Shown here: in pieces, positions 1 through 8,526 of the stretch
How positions within the stretch are numbered: the first letter of the stretch is position 1
Layout: each line of letters opens with the position of its first letter
Assembly (NCBI GenBank): GCA_963699755.1
Contig: CAVOVB010000001.1
Location: forward strand, 192,001 to 256,000
DNA: 64,000 nucleotides
Source of the DNA: an uncultured delta proteobacterium
Lineage (GTDB): Bacteria > Myxococcota_A > Polyangia > Polyangiales > Houyiibacteriaceae
Reading direction: 5' to 3'
Made by a program: the position numbers and the translations under genes
Notes under the pieces: model-generated
The model's database searches: none
Told to the model about the DNA's origin: nothing
What the model saw: the letters and a program-made list of their open reading frames with translations, nothing else

Positions 1-145
1 GGAGCTCACTATCTGCCTTGTCGGTGAGAATCTCGACGAGCGGCTCGTCCTTGGCGACAGACTGTCCTACCGAGACGAGCCACTTGCCGATGGTGCCCTC
101 TACGACGCTCTCTCCGAGCTGCGGCATCGTCACTTTGGTGGCCAT
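1..145 (-). CDS. 2-oxoacid dehydrogenase E2 (dihydrolipoamide acyltransferase), N-terminal lipoyl domain; runs off the left edge
   Basis: Not in ORF track. Manual translation from ATG at 145 gives MATKVTMPQLGESVVEGTIGKWLVSVGQSVAKDEPLVEILTDKADSEL, a classic lipoyl domain with the lipoylated Lys in TDKA. Confidence 0.9.
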   Translation of the reverse strand, partial: MATKVTMPQLGESVVEGTIGKWLVSVGQSVAKDEPLVEILTDKADSEL

Positions 146-170
146 TGGAGCCGCACCATACCGCAAAACA

Positions 171-218
171 CCGGGTGCGGTAGCTCCTAGAGCGAGTTGC
201 GGCGCACCTGGTTTTTTT
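171..218 (+). terminator. Intrinsic-terminator-like hairpin with T7 tail
   Basis: ccgggtgcg (171-179) pairs with cgcacctgg (203-211), inner stem gtagctc/gagttgc with G-U pairs, followed by TTTTTTT (212-218). Confidence 0.45.
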
Positions 219-280
219 CAGGTCACCAGACACCTACTTCGGACTAGTCTTGCTTCGCCACTCGGAGTAGAGTCCCGCGG

Positions 281-607
281 ATGCTAGACGCGCTCGATAG
301 GGAAGACAGGCTTCAACTCATGAGGTTCGTCTGCTCCTTCGCTTGGGCCGACCTCGAGATCACGGAACGTGAACGTGAGTTCATCGTTAAAATGGTGATT
401 CGACTCGGCCTGGACGACGACGAGCAAGACCAGGTCGCAGAATGGCTCGAGGTTCCGCCCCGCGCCGACGACCTGGACCCCGCGGACATCCCTGCAGAGC
501 ACCGGCAACTGTTCCTAGACGCGGCAAAGGCAATGATCCTCTCAGACGGCAACGTCGAAGAAGCCGAAGCTGAGAACCTGATCATCCTCGACCAACTGCT
601 GCGCTAG
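281..607 (+). CDS. TerB-like (tellurite resistance/DjlA N-terminal fold) protein
   Basis: 108 aa with two TerB-like repeats, AWADLEITERE and ILSDGNVEEAE. Confidence 0.75.
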   Translation: MLDALDREDRLQLMRFVCSFAWADLEITEREREFIVKMVIRLGLDDDEQDQVAEWLEVPPRADDLDPADIPAEHRQLFLDAAKAMILSDGNVEEAEAENLIILDQLLR

Positions 608-632
608 CAGCTGTTCAGAGAGTGGATAAATC

Positions 633-1460
633 ATGGACATCGACGCAAACAAGTACATCGATCTATTGATGGAGCATGGCCCGAAGGTCTTGGGCGTTCT
701 GCTCGCGCTATTTGTCGCATTCGTCCTCGCGAGCTGGGCAGAGCGAGGCGTACGCGCAACGCTGGAGAAGCGCAGCTTCGACGCGACCCTCACGCGCTTC
801 TTCGCGAAGTTCGCTCGCTACCTGATTCTCGTCGGCGCTGTTCTCGGATGTCTCGGGGTGTTCGGCATTCAAACGGCGAGCTTCGCCGCAGTGTTGGCCG
901 CTGCGGGCTTCGCCGTTGGCATGGCGTTCCAGGGCACACTCGGCAACTTCGCCGCGGGCATCATGCTTCTCGTTTTCCGGCCTTTCAAGGTCGGTGATTT
1001 CGTTGAAGTGAACGACAACACGGGCATCTGCGAGCACATCGATCTATTCACCTGCGAGTTCCGCACACTCGACAACCGAAAGCTGATCATCCCGAACGGC
1101 GCCGTCTTCGGGAGCACCATCACCAACTACACCGGATACGACATTCGCCGCGTCGACATCGATGTGGGCGCCGAGTACTCGGCGAACATCGACGCGACCC
1201 GCAAAGCCCTCGAAACTTCGGTGGCAAACGTTCCCGGCATGATCAAGGAGCCGACACCTCAGGTTTTCTTGAAGGGGCTCGGTAGCTCGTCGGTCGACTG
1301 GCAGGTCCGCGTCTGGTGCAAGACCGAAAACTACTGGGACGTCTGGCAGGCCACGGTTCGGGCTTGCAAGGTGTCGCTGGACGAAGCTGGCATCGGGATT
1401 CCCTTCCCGCAGCAGGATGTCCACCTCGACGAAGCCGTCATCAAGGCGCTTTCCAACTAG
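633..1460 (+). CDS. mscS: Small-conductance mechanosensitive channel
   Basis: Three TM segments with motifs AVGMAFQGTLGNFAAG, RPFKVGDFV, IIPNG and GIGIPFPQQDVH. Confidence 0.93.
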   Translation: MDIDANKYIDLLMEHGPKVLGVLLALFVAFVLASWAERGVRATLEKRSFDATLTRFFAKFARYLILVGAVLGCLGVFGIQTASFAAVLAAAGFAVGMAFQGTLGNFAAGIMLLVFRPFKVGDFVEVNDNTGICEHIDLFTCEFRTLDNRKLIIPNGAVFGSTITNYTGYDIRRVDIDVGAEYSANIDATRKALETSVANVPGMIKEPTPQVFLKGLGSSSVDWQVRVWCKTENYWDVWQATVRACKVSLDEAGIGIPFPQQDVHLDEAVIKALSN

Positions 1461-1502
1461 CCGGCCACCTGGGGTCCGGCCGCTGCCAAGTCGGCAAGAT
1501 CA

Positions 1503-2654
1503 TCAAGCGCACGGGTGGAGGAGCTCCGAAACGGCAGGGCGCGCAGCGGCAAGGCTCGCGCCCTGGCTGACGACCTCCATCGGGTTCAAATCCGAGCGGG
1601 GACGTTTGCCGAAGTACGACTCGACGTACTGGACGAGTCCCGGAAGACGTGTGGTGCCCCCGGCCAAGAAGACCGCCTGCATATCCCGTGCTTTCAAGCG
1701 CGCCTGGGCCAAAACCTCATCGCAGGTCACGAAGGTGGAGCGCACAAGGTCGAGAGTGAGCTGTTGCACCTCGTCACGCGTGATCGGAATGATGCCGCAG
1801 CTCTCGGGGGCCGCCGGGTCGACGCTTGGAATCGCGATTGCGGCCTGCTCGGACTCGCTGAGCTCGCACTTCGCCAGCTCGCACGCATGGACAAGGCGAT
1901 CGAAAGTCACGGCGTCGTTCGAGAGGTCCCAACCGTCGCGCGCAAGCGTCCGGTCCGCCACGTAGAGCGCAATGGTCCGGTCGACGTCGTCGCCGCCGAG
2001 GTATGGATCGCCTCCGTGGCCGATTACGCGGAACGGGTAGCTGCTGCAATCGACCACCGCCGCATCGAAGGTGCCGCCACCCAAGTCATAGACGAAGGCA
2101 TACTTCAAGCTGCTGCGATTCAAGTACGCAAGCGCCGTCGCGATCGGCTCCTCGATGATCCGGACCGACGCAAAACGGGCAGATGCAACGGCACTCGCGG
2201 TCGCATCGCGGCGGTGCTGGTCAAAGCCCACAGGTGCGGTGACGACGGCGTGTACCTCCTCCACGGGACACTTGGTGAGCTGGCACAAGCCTCTCACGAC
2301 GGTGCCCCCGATTTGGACGGGCGTGATCACCCCGGCCCGGGTCTTGAAAGCGACTCCACCGTCTGGAGTTTCGATCAGATCGTAGGGGTAGTGCTCGCGG
2401 AACTGTTTGGTATACGACGAGCGCCAGCGCGCACCGATGATACGCTTGGCGGAGAGAATCGTGTGCTTCGGGTCGATTGCCCGCCGGCGCCGCGCAGGCT
2501 GGCCGACCAAGGTCGCCCCACTGGGTGGAAAGGCCACGGCAGACGGCATGACACAGCCGCCGCCTTTCATCTGCAGCGCCTCGAAGTTCCTGGCGATCAC
2601 CGTGTTGGTGGTACCAAGATCGATTCCTACGGTTTCTTTCCTGCGCACGGCCAT
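1503..2654 (-). CDS. Hsp70-family protein, nucleotide-binding domain only
   Basis: GIDLGTTN, EEPIA, YDLGGGTFD, LGGDDVD and LAGGTTRLP motifs. Ends at 383 aa with no substrate-binding domain. Confidence 0.88.
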   Translation of the reverse strand: MAVRRKETVGIDLGTTNTVIARNFEALQMKGGGCVMPSAVAFPPSGATLVGQPARRRRAIDPKHTILSAKRIIGARWRSSYTKQFREHYPYDLIETPDGGVAFKTRAGVITPVQIGGTVVRGLCQLTKCPVEEVHAVVTAPVGFDQHRRDATASAVASARFASVRIIEEPIATALAYLNRSSLKYAFVYDLGGGTFDAAVVDCSSYPFRVIGHGGDPYLGGDDVDRTIALYVADRTLARDGWDLSNDAVTFDRLVHACELAKCELSESEQAAIAIPSVDPAAPESCGIIPITRDEVQQLTLDLVRSTFVTCDEVLAQARLKARDMQAVFLAGGTTRLPGLVQYVESYFGKRPRSDLNPMEVVSQGASLAAARPAVSELLHPCA

Positions 2655-2796
2655 CGGCGCCCGGGTATCTGGGGTCTAAGATGATCGAGGTTCAATGGGG
2701 GGATTGGCCTCGTTGAAATAACCAGGCTACGTGATTCACCGCCTCGCTGCCACAGTGAGTTCGTCGACTGGACCGGCTGGCGTCGCTGCTCTAGAG

Positions 2797-2810
2797 TGAA
2801 ACACGTTCTA
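2797..2810 (+). promoter_or_regulatory. KstR-consensus-like operator TGAAACACGTTCTA upstream of the KshB-like reductase
   Basis: Fits TnnAACnnGTTnnA, lies 17 bp before ATG 2828, and an identical copy sits before the Rieske gene. Confidence 0.75.
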
Positions 2811-2827
2811 GTTGGAGGCTTCAAGGG

Positions 2828-3883
2828 ATGCCCGCGGAGTTCTATAAGCTTCAAGTAGCAGGAATCGTTCAGGAAACTCACGACACGCGCTCCTTTATCT
2901 TCGCCGTGCCGGGATCTCTGCGCGAAACGTTTCGCTATCGCGCGGGTCAGTTCCTGACATTCGAGGTCCCATGGGATGGCATGCAGTTGCACCGCTGCTA
3001 CTCGCTTTCGAGCGCGCCAGAGGCCGATCCTTGGCCCAAGGTGACCGTCAAGAGGGTCGACGACGGGCGCGTGTCGAACTGGTTCAATGACAGCGTTCAG
3101 GTCGGGGATACCATTGGGGTGCAGCCACCTGAAGGCCGTTTTGTGATGCGGTCGAACGAAGGGAGTCACGGCATCGTCCTTTTTGGAGGAGGGAGCGGAG
3201 TGACTCCGGTCCTGTCGATTCTGAAGTCCGCGCTGCGCACCACCCAACGCAGCGTCAAGCTGGTCTATGCCAACCGCGACGAGCGCTCGATCATCTTCAA
3301 AGACGAGATTGATCTTTGGCTGGCTGAGTTCCCGAACCGCTTCGAAGTCGTGCACCATCTCGACAGCGTGAGCGGCTTCATGTCGGTCGCCGAGATTCGA
3401 GAACAGATTAGCGGCTGGGAAGACGCGGAGTTCTTCGTCTGTGGGCCGACCGGATACATGGATGCGGTCGAAGAAGCCTTCAAAGCCTCTGAGATCGACC
3501 CCGGGCAAACCAAGTTCGAGCGCTTCATCTCGCCGATCGATCCGGACCGCAAAGACGAATCGGAGGCGGTCATTGCAGAGCAGTCGGACGACGAGATTCC
3601 CGAGTCGTTCCAGATGTTGCTCGAGGGGCGGACTCACAAGGTGCCCTACGAGAAGGGCCTGACCCTGCTCGAATCTGCAATCAAGGCTGGACACAAGCCC
3701 CCCTCCTCTTGCGAGGACGGCTATTGCGGCTGCTGCATGGCGCTACTCAAGAGCGGCAAGGTCAACATGGCCAACCACGACGCGCTCGAGCCTAGCGACA
3801 TCGACCGCGGCTGGGTCCTAGCCTGCCAGGCCCGCCCCGCCAGCCGAGAGCCCCTCGAGGTCGACTTTGACGCGGAGTACTAG
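2828..3883 (+). CDS. FAD/NAD-binding oxygenase reductase with C-terminal 2Fe-2S ferredoxin (KshB/PaaE-like)
   Basis: RCYSLSS, GRVSNW, GGSGVTP, FVCGP motifs and C-terminal CEDGYCGCC...LACQ. Confidence 0.9.
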   Translation: MPAEFYKLQVAGIVQETHDTRSFIFAVPGSLRETFRYRAGQFLTFEVPWDGMQLHRCYSLSSAPEADPWPKVTVKRVDDGRVSNWFNDSVQVGDTIGVQPPEGRFVMRSNEGSHGIVLFGGGSGVTPVLSILKSALRTTQRSVKLVYANRDERSIIFKDEIDLWLAEFPNRFEVVHHLDSVSGFMSVAEIREQISGWEDAEFFVCGPTGYMDAVEEAFKASEIDPGQTKFERFISPIDPDRKDESEAVIAEQSDDEIPESFQMLLEGRTHKVPYEKGLTLLESAIKAGHKPPSSCEDGYCGCCMALLKSGKVNMANHDALEPSDIDRGWVLACQARPASREPLEVDFDAEY

Positions 3884-4425
3884 AGCAGATCGGCTGACGG
3901 CCGCTGACGGTCGGGCCAATCCCAGAAAGACGTCTTTCCGATCGTCCAATCAGGACCAGTGCCCCAGTCTTTGCGGGTGCGCTTGTTCCTGTGGTCTGGG
4001 TCGTGCTTCTTGAGCGCTTTGCTGTAGTCCTGCCACTGTTGGATCCCGAGCTTCTCGGCCCAGTAGTCTTCTTCGGACGACCATTGATTGTTGCCCGCGT
4101 ATTGCAAGACCGTGATGCCTGGAAAGTCCAGGGCACCCTCTCCACCTGGATGATCGCGCCGGTTGATCATGCGGAACACGACTCGGCCACTGGGGTCGGC
4201 CATGTGCCAGTTGTAGACCCCATAGATCTCGCCGTACTGCTCCATGAGAGGGACGATCCAATTACGAACCGTCTCGCGACCGTGCATGGTCCCGAGAACG
4301 CGCTCGAGATAGACGACGTCTTCGGTGAAGAGGTCTGCCCAAGCGTTCCAGTCCTCGCGGATCATCCCGGTGTGCCAGAAGTGTCGGAATGCGTCTTCGA
4401 CCTCGCTGAGATCAAAGGTCTGCAC
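3880..4425 (-). CDS. SnoaL/NTF2-like (ketosteroid-isomerase-fold) protein
   Basis: WADLFTEDVVY..GTMHGRETVRNW and EEDYW motifs. Start revised to GTG 4425, overlapping the Rieske stop (TAGTG). Confidence 0.75.
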   Translation of the reverse strand: MQTFDLSEVEDAFRHFWHTGMIREDWNAWADLFTEDVVYLERVLGTMHGRETVRNWIVPLMEQYGEIYGVYNWHMADPSGRVVFRMINRRDHPGGEGALDFPGITVLQYAGNNQWSSEEDYWAEKLGIQQWQDYSKALKKHDPDHRNKRTRKDWGTGPDWTIGKTSFWDWPDRQRPSADLL

Positions 4426-5390
4426 TATTCCGCTGCCTCTTCGCCCGCGGGGTACGAATAGAATTGCGTGCACCAGCGGCGGAAGAGTGCGATCGGACCG
4501 TCCCCGTCGCAAAGGAGAGGCCTCTCATACTGGACCTTGTTTTCCCAGATCGGAATGTCCTGCTCGAGTTGCCGCGTCACCTCTGCGACAAAGGCTTTTC
4601 CGACTCCGCGCGCCATTTCCGCGCCGGCGGTCTTCTTCACGCTGAAGTTGAAGCGGAGCTGGCAGTGGTCGGCGTCGATCGGCGTAGTGGACGCGACGTT
4701 GAGCGTTTCGACGATGCCCTGAAAGCGAACGATGGCGAGGCCGAATCCGTAGTTGAGGCTTTCGATCGAGCCTTCCACCGTGCCGCGAGGGGTCTCCATT
4801 CCTGCGTCGGAGTACACGCGCAGGATCGGTCCATCGGCCGAAGCCTCTGACTTCGGCATGTTGGTCGTGCCGTGCAAGTAGTGAAAGTGCGCCGTGTCGA
4901 CGGCGTTCTCAGCCATCTCCTGATTTCGCGTTCGAATCGTCCACTCACGACGGACGAACTCGGTCCAGTCGTCGTCACCCCACTCAGGGATCTCGTCGGG
5001 AATCTCGAAAGTCGGGGGCTCTCCGTCGGCGTGATGCCAGCACATCACCATATTGGCGAGCTCCTTGATGTGCCAGGTCGAGAGCTTGGCTTTGCGCGGA
5101 ACATGCTCCGCATACGGGACCGCAGTGCACTTACCGTTCGTTCCGAACTGCCAAGCGTGGAACGGGCACTCGATGGAGCTCCCCTTGACTTTGCCTCCAT
5201 GACCGAGGTGCGCACCAAGGTGGGGACAGAAGGCGTCGAGCACCGAAAGCTCGCCCTCTTCAGAGCGCCAGATGACGAGATCCTTGCCGAAGTACTTCAG
5301 TGGTTTGACGTCTCCTGGCTTGATCTCGTCCGAGTAAGCGATTTGGAACCAACCGTTCGGGATCGGCGGCGTGAAATAGCGATCGTCCAT
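4425..5390 (-). CDS. Rieske non-heme iron oxygenase, KshA / Neverland-DAF-36 (sterol-acting) type
   Basis: PNGWF, Rieske CPHLGAHL...CPFH, mononuclear Fe motif ENAVDTAHFHYLH, and QDIPIWENK...LCDGDGPI. Confidence 0.85.
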   Translation of the reverse strand: MDDRYFTPPIPNGWFQIAYSDEIKPGDVKPLKYFGKDLVIWRSEEGELSVLDAFCPHLGAHLGHGGKVKGSSIECPFHAWQFGTNGKCTAVPYAEHVPRKAKLSTWHIKELANMVMCWHHADGEPPTFEIPDEIPEWGDDDWTEFVRREWTIRTRNQEMAENAVDTAHFHYLHGTTNMPKSEASADGPILRVYSDAGMETPRGTVEGSIESLNYGFGLAIVRFQGIVETLNVASTTPIDADHCQLRFNFSVKKTAGAEMARGVGKAFVAEVTRQLEQDIPIWENKVQYERPLLCDGDGPIALFRRWCTQFYSYPAGEEAAE

Positions 5391-5400
5391 CCGCCAAAAA

Positions 5401-5414
5401 TAGAACGTGTTTCA
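5401..5414 (-). promoter_or_regulatory. KstR-consensus-like operator upstream of the Rieske oxygenase, overlapping a putative sigma-70 promoter
   Basis: Plus strand TAGAACGTGTTTCA reads TGAAACACGTTCTA on minus. It lies between TTGAAA (5424-5419) and TATTTT (5402-5397, partly overlapped), which ends 6 nt before the ATG. Confidence 0.75.
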
Positions 5415-5479
5415 CCGATTTCAAGTCGAAACCTGCGCGGAGGGCCCTCGGGTGCTACCTGCCTGGCCGGAGGAAAGCC

Positions 5480-5941
5480 ATGTCGAGCATCGGCGTGGGG
5501 ATGAGCGCCCCAGACTTCACAAGGACCACCCAGACCGGCGACACCATCTCGCTCTCGCAGTTTCGCGGGGAGAAGACCGTGGTGCTCTACTTCTACCCGA
5601 AGGACGAGACCCCCGGATGCACCGCCGAGGCCTGCACGTTCCGCGACAATTTCGAGGACTTCGTCGAGGCGGGCGCGGTGGTCATCGGCGTCAGCCAGGA
5701 CAGCGAGGAGAGCCACCAGCGCTTTGCATCACATCACCGTCTTCCGTTTCTGCTCGTGAGCGATCGTGACAAAGCATTGCAGAAAGCCTACGGCGTGCCC
5801 AAAACGATGGGCCTGCTCCCGGGGCGTGTCACCTACGTCATCGACCGAGACGGCACCGTGCAACACGTCTTCAATTCGCAGCTCAACGCGAAGAAGCACG
5901 TCCGCGAAGCACTCGAGGTTGTCAAGCGACTCGCCGCCTGA
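5480..5941 (+). CDS. bcp: Peroxiredoxin, BCP/PrxQ family
   Basis: YFYPKDETPGCTAEAC motif. Confidence 0.9.
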   Translation: MSSIGVGMSAPDFTRTTQTGDTISLSQFRGEKTVVLYFYPKDETPGCTAEACTFRDNFEDFVEAGAVVIGVSQDSEESHQRFASHHRLPFLLVSDRDKALQKAYGVPKTMGLLPGRVTYVIDRDGTVQHVFNSQLNAKKHVREALEVVKRLAA

Positions 5942-7034
5942 AGCGGCGCGCTACCGCGAACAGGAGCAGTCCCAAGATTCCGGCAAGCGGGCCGGGCGAG
6001 CCCGTCGATGCGTTGCATCCCGCGTTCCTTGGCGAAACCGTGCCGCTGCCTCCAGATGGTAAGGGAGCAGAACCGCAGGGCGCGCCACCACAGGCTTTGG
6101 GGCCGCAGAGCGCCTCCGTCTGCCAGCCGCCTTCGCACAAGCTCGCGACAATCGGGGCGATGTTGTGGACCAACTCTCCTGCCTGGGCGTCCTGGTAGAC
6201 CTGAACCCGGCGACAGTTTTCGCCTTCCGCGAAGGCATAGTCGGGAGTCCGGCCTCCGATCAGAATGCCAGCGAGACGATTCTCAGAATCAAAGGTCGCG
6301 CTGCCGGAATGCCCCTGGAACGCGTCGAGATTGGCGACGAAGAAATCGAGCGTGTCGGCGCGCGGGTCGGCCACCGACGCGCCGGAGTCGATCTTGGCAG
6401 GCAGCCCACTGCCGAAGCCGATCATCGCGAGGGCTTCTCGTTCGGCGAGCGCCGTTGCCGGTCGGATGACCGCTGGCGCCTGGTCGCCTTCAACCGGTCG
6501 GTCGAGTTGGATGATGGCGAAGTCCGGCGTGTACTCATTGGCCGGCGCACTCTGCTGAGAAACGACTCGCCTGCAGCTGTAGACGTCTTCATCGCGAATT
6601 GCCGCGAGGCCGTTCGGCCGGTCGTAGTAGTAGTTGAATACGTACGAATAGGCATCGCATGGCGTGTGATCATCGACACAGTGACCGGCCGTCAGAACTA
6701 GGTCATCGTCAATGAGCACACCCGAGCAAGCCGCGGCGGTCGGTTGTTCGCCAAAGAGCTCGCCTTCGCAGAGGCCTCGCAGATCGTTCAACGACTCGGT
6801 GAAGAGGCTGTAGGTGCCATTCGGCTCCCGGCTGATTCGAAAGCTGGGGATCAAAGCTACGATCGACTGCCGGGCGATGTCCCGGAGCTCAGGGTCGGGA
6901 TGGCTGAACACCTCCACTCGGTCGTCCGCCCCGTAGACGACCGAAGCGGTCGCATCCGCGACGAGAGTGTCGTCGGGAGACCCGCAGGCCGTGATGACCC
7001 CCAAGATCAAACCTAAGCAACTGCGTGCACGCAT
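5922..7034 (-). CDS. Secreted trypsin-like serine protease, lipoprotein with MYXO-CTERM-like tail
   Basis: ITAC lipobox, TAGHC / DFAII / GHSGS triad, and C-terminal GC...hydrophobic...RRFRRR. Confidence 0.82.
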   Translation of the reverse strand: MRARSCLGLILGVITACGSPDDTLVADATASVVYGADDRVEVFSHPDPELRDIARQSIVALIPSFRISREPNGTYSLFTESLNDLRGLCEGELFGEQPTAAACSGVLIDDDLVLTAGHCVDDHTPCDAYSYVFNYYYDRPNGLAAIRDEDVYSCRRVVSQQSAPANEYTPDFAIIQLDRPVEGDQAPAVIRPATALAEREALAMIGFGSGLPAKIDSGASVADPRADTLDFFVANLDAFQGHSGSATFDSENRLAGILIGGRTPDYAFAEGENCRRVQVYQDAQAGELVHNIAPIVASLCEGGWQTEALCGPKACGGAPCGSAPLPSGGSGTVSPRNAGCNASTGSPGPLAGILGLLLFAVARRFRRRVA

Positions 7035-7068
7035 GTTCTTTCTACCTAAGGCTAAATCGAGCCGGAAG

Positions 7069-8502
7069 CTACTCGGAGACCCGAACTTGTATGCTAGTCA
7101 CCAAATCCCCTGTCGAAGTGGCCACATCGGAGACGACCACGACCGGCTCTCCGGCCTCGATGACGGCCCGCTCCCGCAGCTTGGCGAGCGCGTTGACGAT
7201 CGTCTTTTCCGGGTCCCTCGACAAGTTCATGCGAAAGGGAATCACCCCTCGGTTGAGCCAGAGCTTGCGACGGGTGGTGCTCATGTTCGTGAACGCGTAG
7301 ATGATGGCCCGCTGAGGCCGATAGCTTGCAACGAGCTGGCCGAAATAGCCGCGTCGGGTCATCACGACGATCGCCCGGGCACCCAGGGAGTCCGCGAGGC
7401 GACATGCGCCCTGGGCAATGTGTCCGCGCTGTGTCGTCGGCGCCGGACGCTGCTTGTAAAAGTCGAGCCCCGGTCCGGGTTCGATTCGGCGGGCAATCGT
7501 GTCGAGCACCTCCACACAGCGCGCTGGGTACTTCCCTGCCGCCGTCTCGCCGCTGAGCATGATCGCATCGGCCTGCTCGTAGACCGCGTTTGCGACGTCT
7601 GTCACTTCGGCTCGTGTAGGCAGGGGGTTGTCGATCATTGATTCGAGCAAGTGCGTCGCCACGATGATCGGCTTTCCGACAATGGCGCAGCGCCGCACCA
7701 TGTCGCGCTGAAGCACGGGAAGGTCCTCGAAGGCTACCTCGACACCGAGGTCGCCTCGGGCAACCATGATCCCGTCGGCTGCTTCGAGGATCGACTCGAA
7801 GTTGTCGACACCTTCCTGGTTTTCGATCTTTGCGATGAGGCGCTGGTGACCTCCGGCATCGTCTACGATCTTTCGGACTTCCAAGACGTCTTGGGGGCCT
7901 CGGACGAACGAGAGCGCAATGAAATCGAGGTCCTGCTCGAGTGCGAAGCCGATGTCCTCGCGATCTTTGTTGGTGATCGAAGGCAAATTGACGCGAACTC
8001 CGGGCAAGTTGACGTGCTTGCGAGAGCCAAGCGTTCCGCCATCGAGGACTCTGCACTTGAGGCGATGCTCCATGACTTCGAGCACTTCCAAATTGATGAG
8101 GCCATTGTCGACCGTGACTCGCTCACCGACCCGTAGATCATTGACGAGGTCCAGGTAGTTCACGTGGACGCTCCGTTCCTCAGCGTCGTCTGCCAGAACC
8201 GAGAAGTAGAATACGTCGCCGGCCTTGAGGTCGAGGCTCTCGGCAAGCTCGCCCGTCCGAATTTCGGGGCCCTGAAGATCCATCAAGATCGAAACCGGGT
8301 GGGCGAGCTTTTTGCTGAGGCTCTTGAGGTTCCGAATGACCTGCAGGTGAGATGCGTGATTGCCGTGCGACATGTTGAGCCGGGCGAGATTCATGCCCGC
8401 ATGCGCCAGGCTTACGAGCCCGTCCCAGGAGCTGGTCGACGGACCGATCGTGCAGACGATCTTCGTGAGTCGCGTTTGCGATTGTTGGGGCGGCATCTTC
8501 AT
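7069..8502 (-). CDS. pyk: Pyruvate kinase
   Basis: TKIVCTIGP, RLNMSHG, DLQGPEIR, AKIEN, MVARGDLGVE, PTRAE and MLSGETA motifs. Confidence 0.97.
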   Translation of the reverse strand: MKMPPQQSQTRLTKIVCTIGPSTSSWDGLVSLAHAGMNLARLNMSHGNHASHLQVIRNLKSLSKKLAHPVSILMDLQGPEIRTGELAESLDLKAGDVFYFSVLADDAEERSVHVNYLDLVNDLRVGERVTVDNGLINLEVLEVMEHRLKCRVLDGGTLGSRKHVNLPGVRVNLPSITNKDREDIGFALEQDLDFIALSFVRGPQDVLEVRKIVDDAGGHQRLIAKIENQEGVDNFESILEAADGIMVARGDLGVEVAFEDLPVLQRDMVRRCAIVGKPIIVATHLLESMIDNPLPTRAEVTDVANAVYEQADAIMLSGETAAGKYPARCVEVLDTIARRIEPGPGLDFYKQRPAPTTQRGHIAQGACRLADSLGARAIVVMTRRGYFGQLVASYRPQRAIIYAFTNMSTTRRKLWLNRGVIPFRMNLSRDPEKTIVNALAKLRERAVIEAGEPVVVVSDVATSTGDLVTSIQVRVSE

Positions 8503-8526
8503 TGCAGCGCCGAGCCTAGGCCAGGG

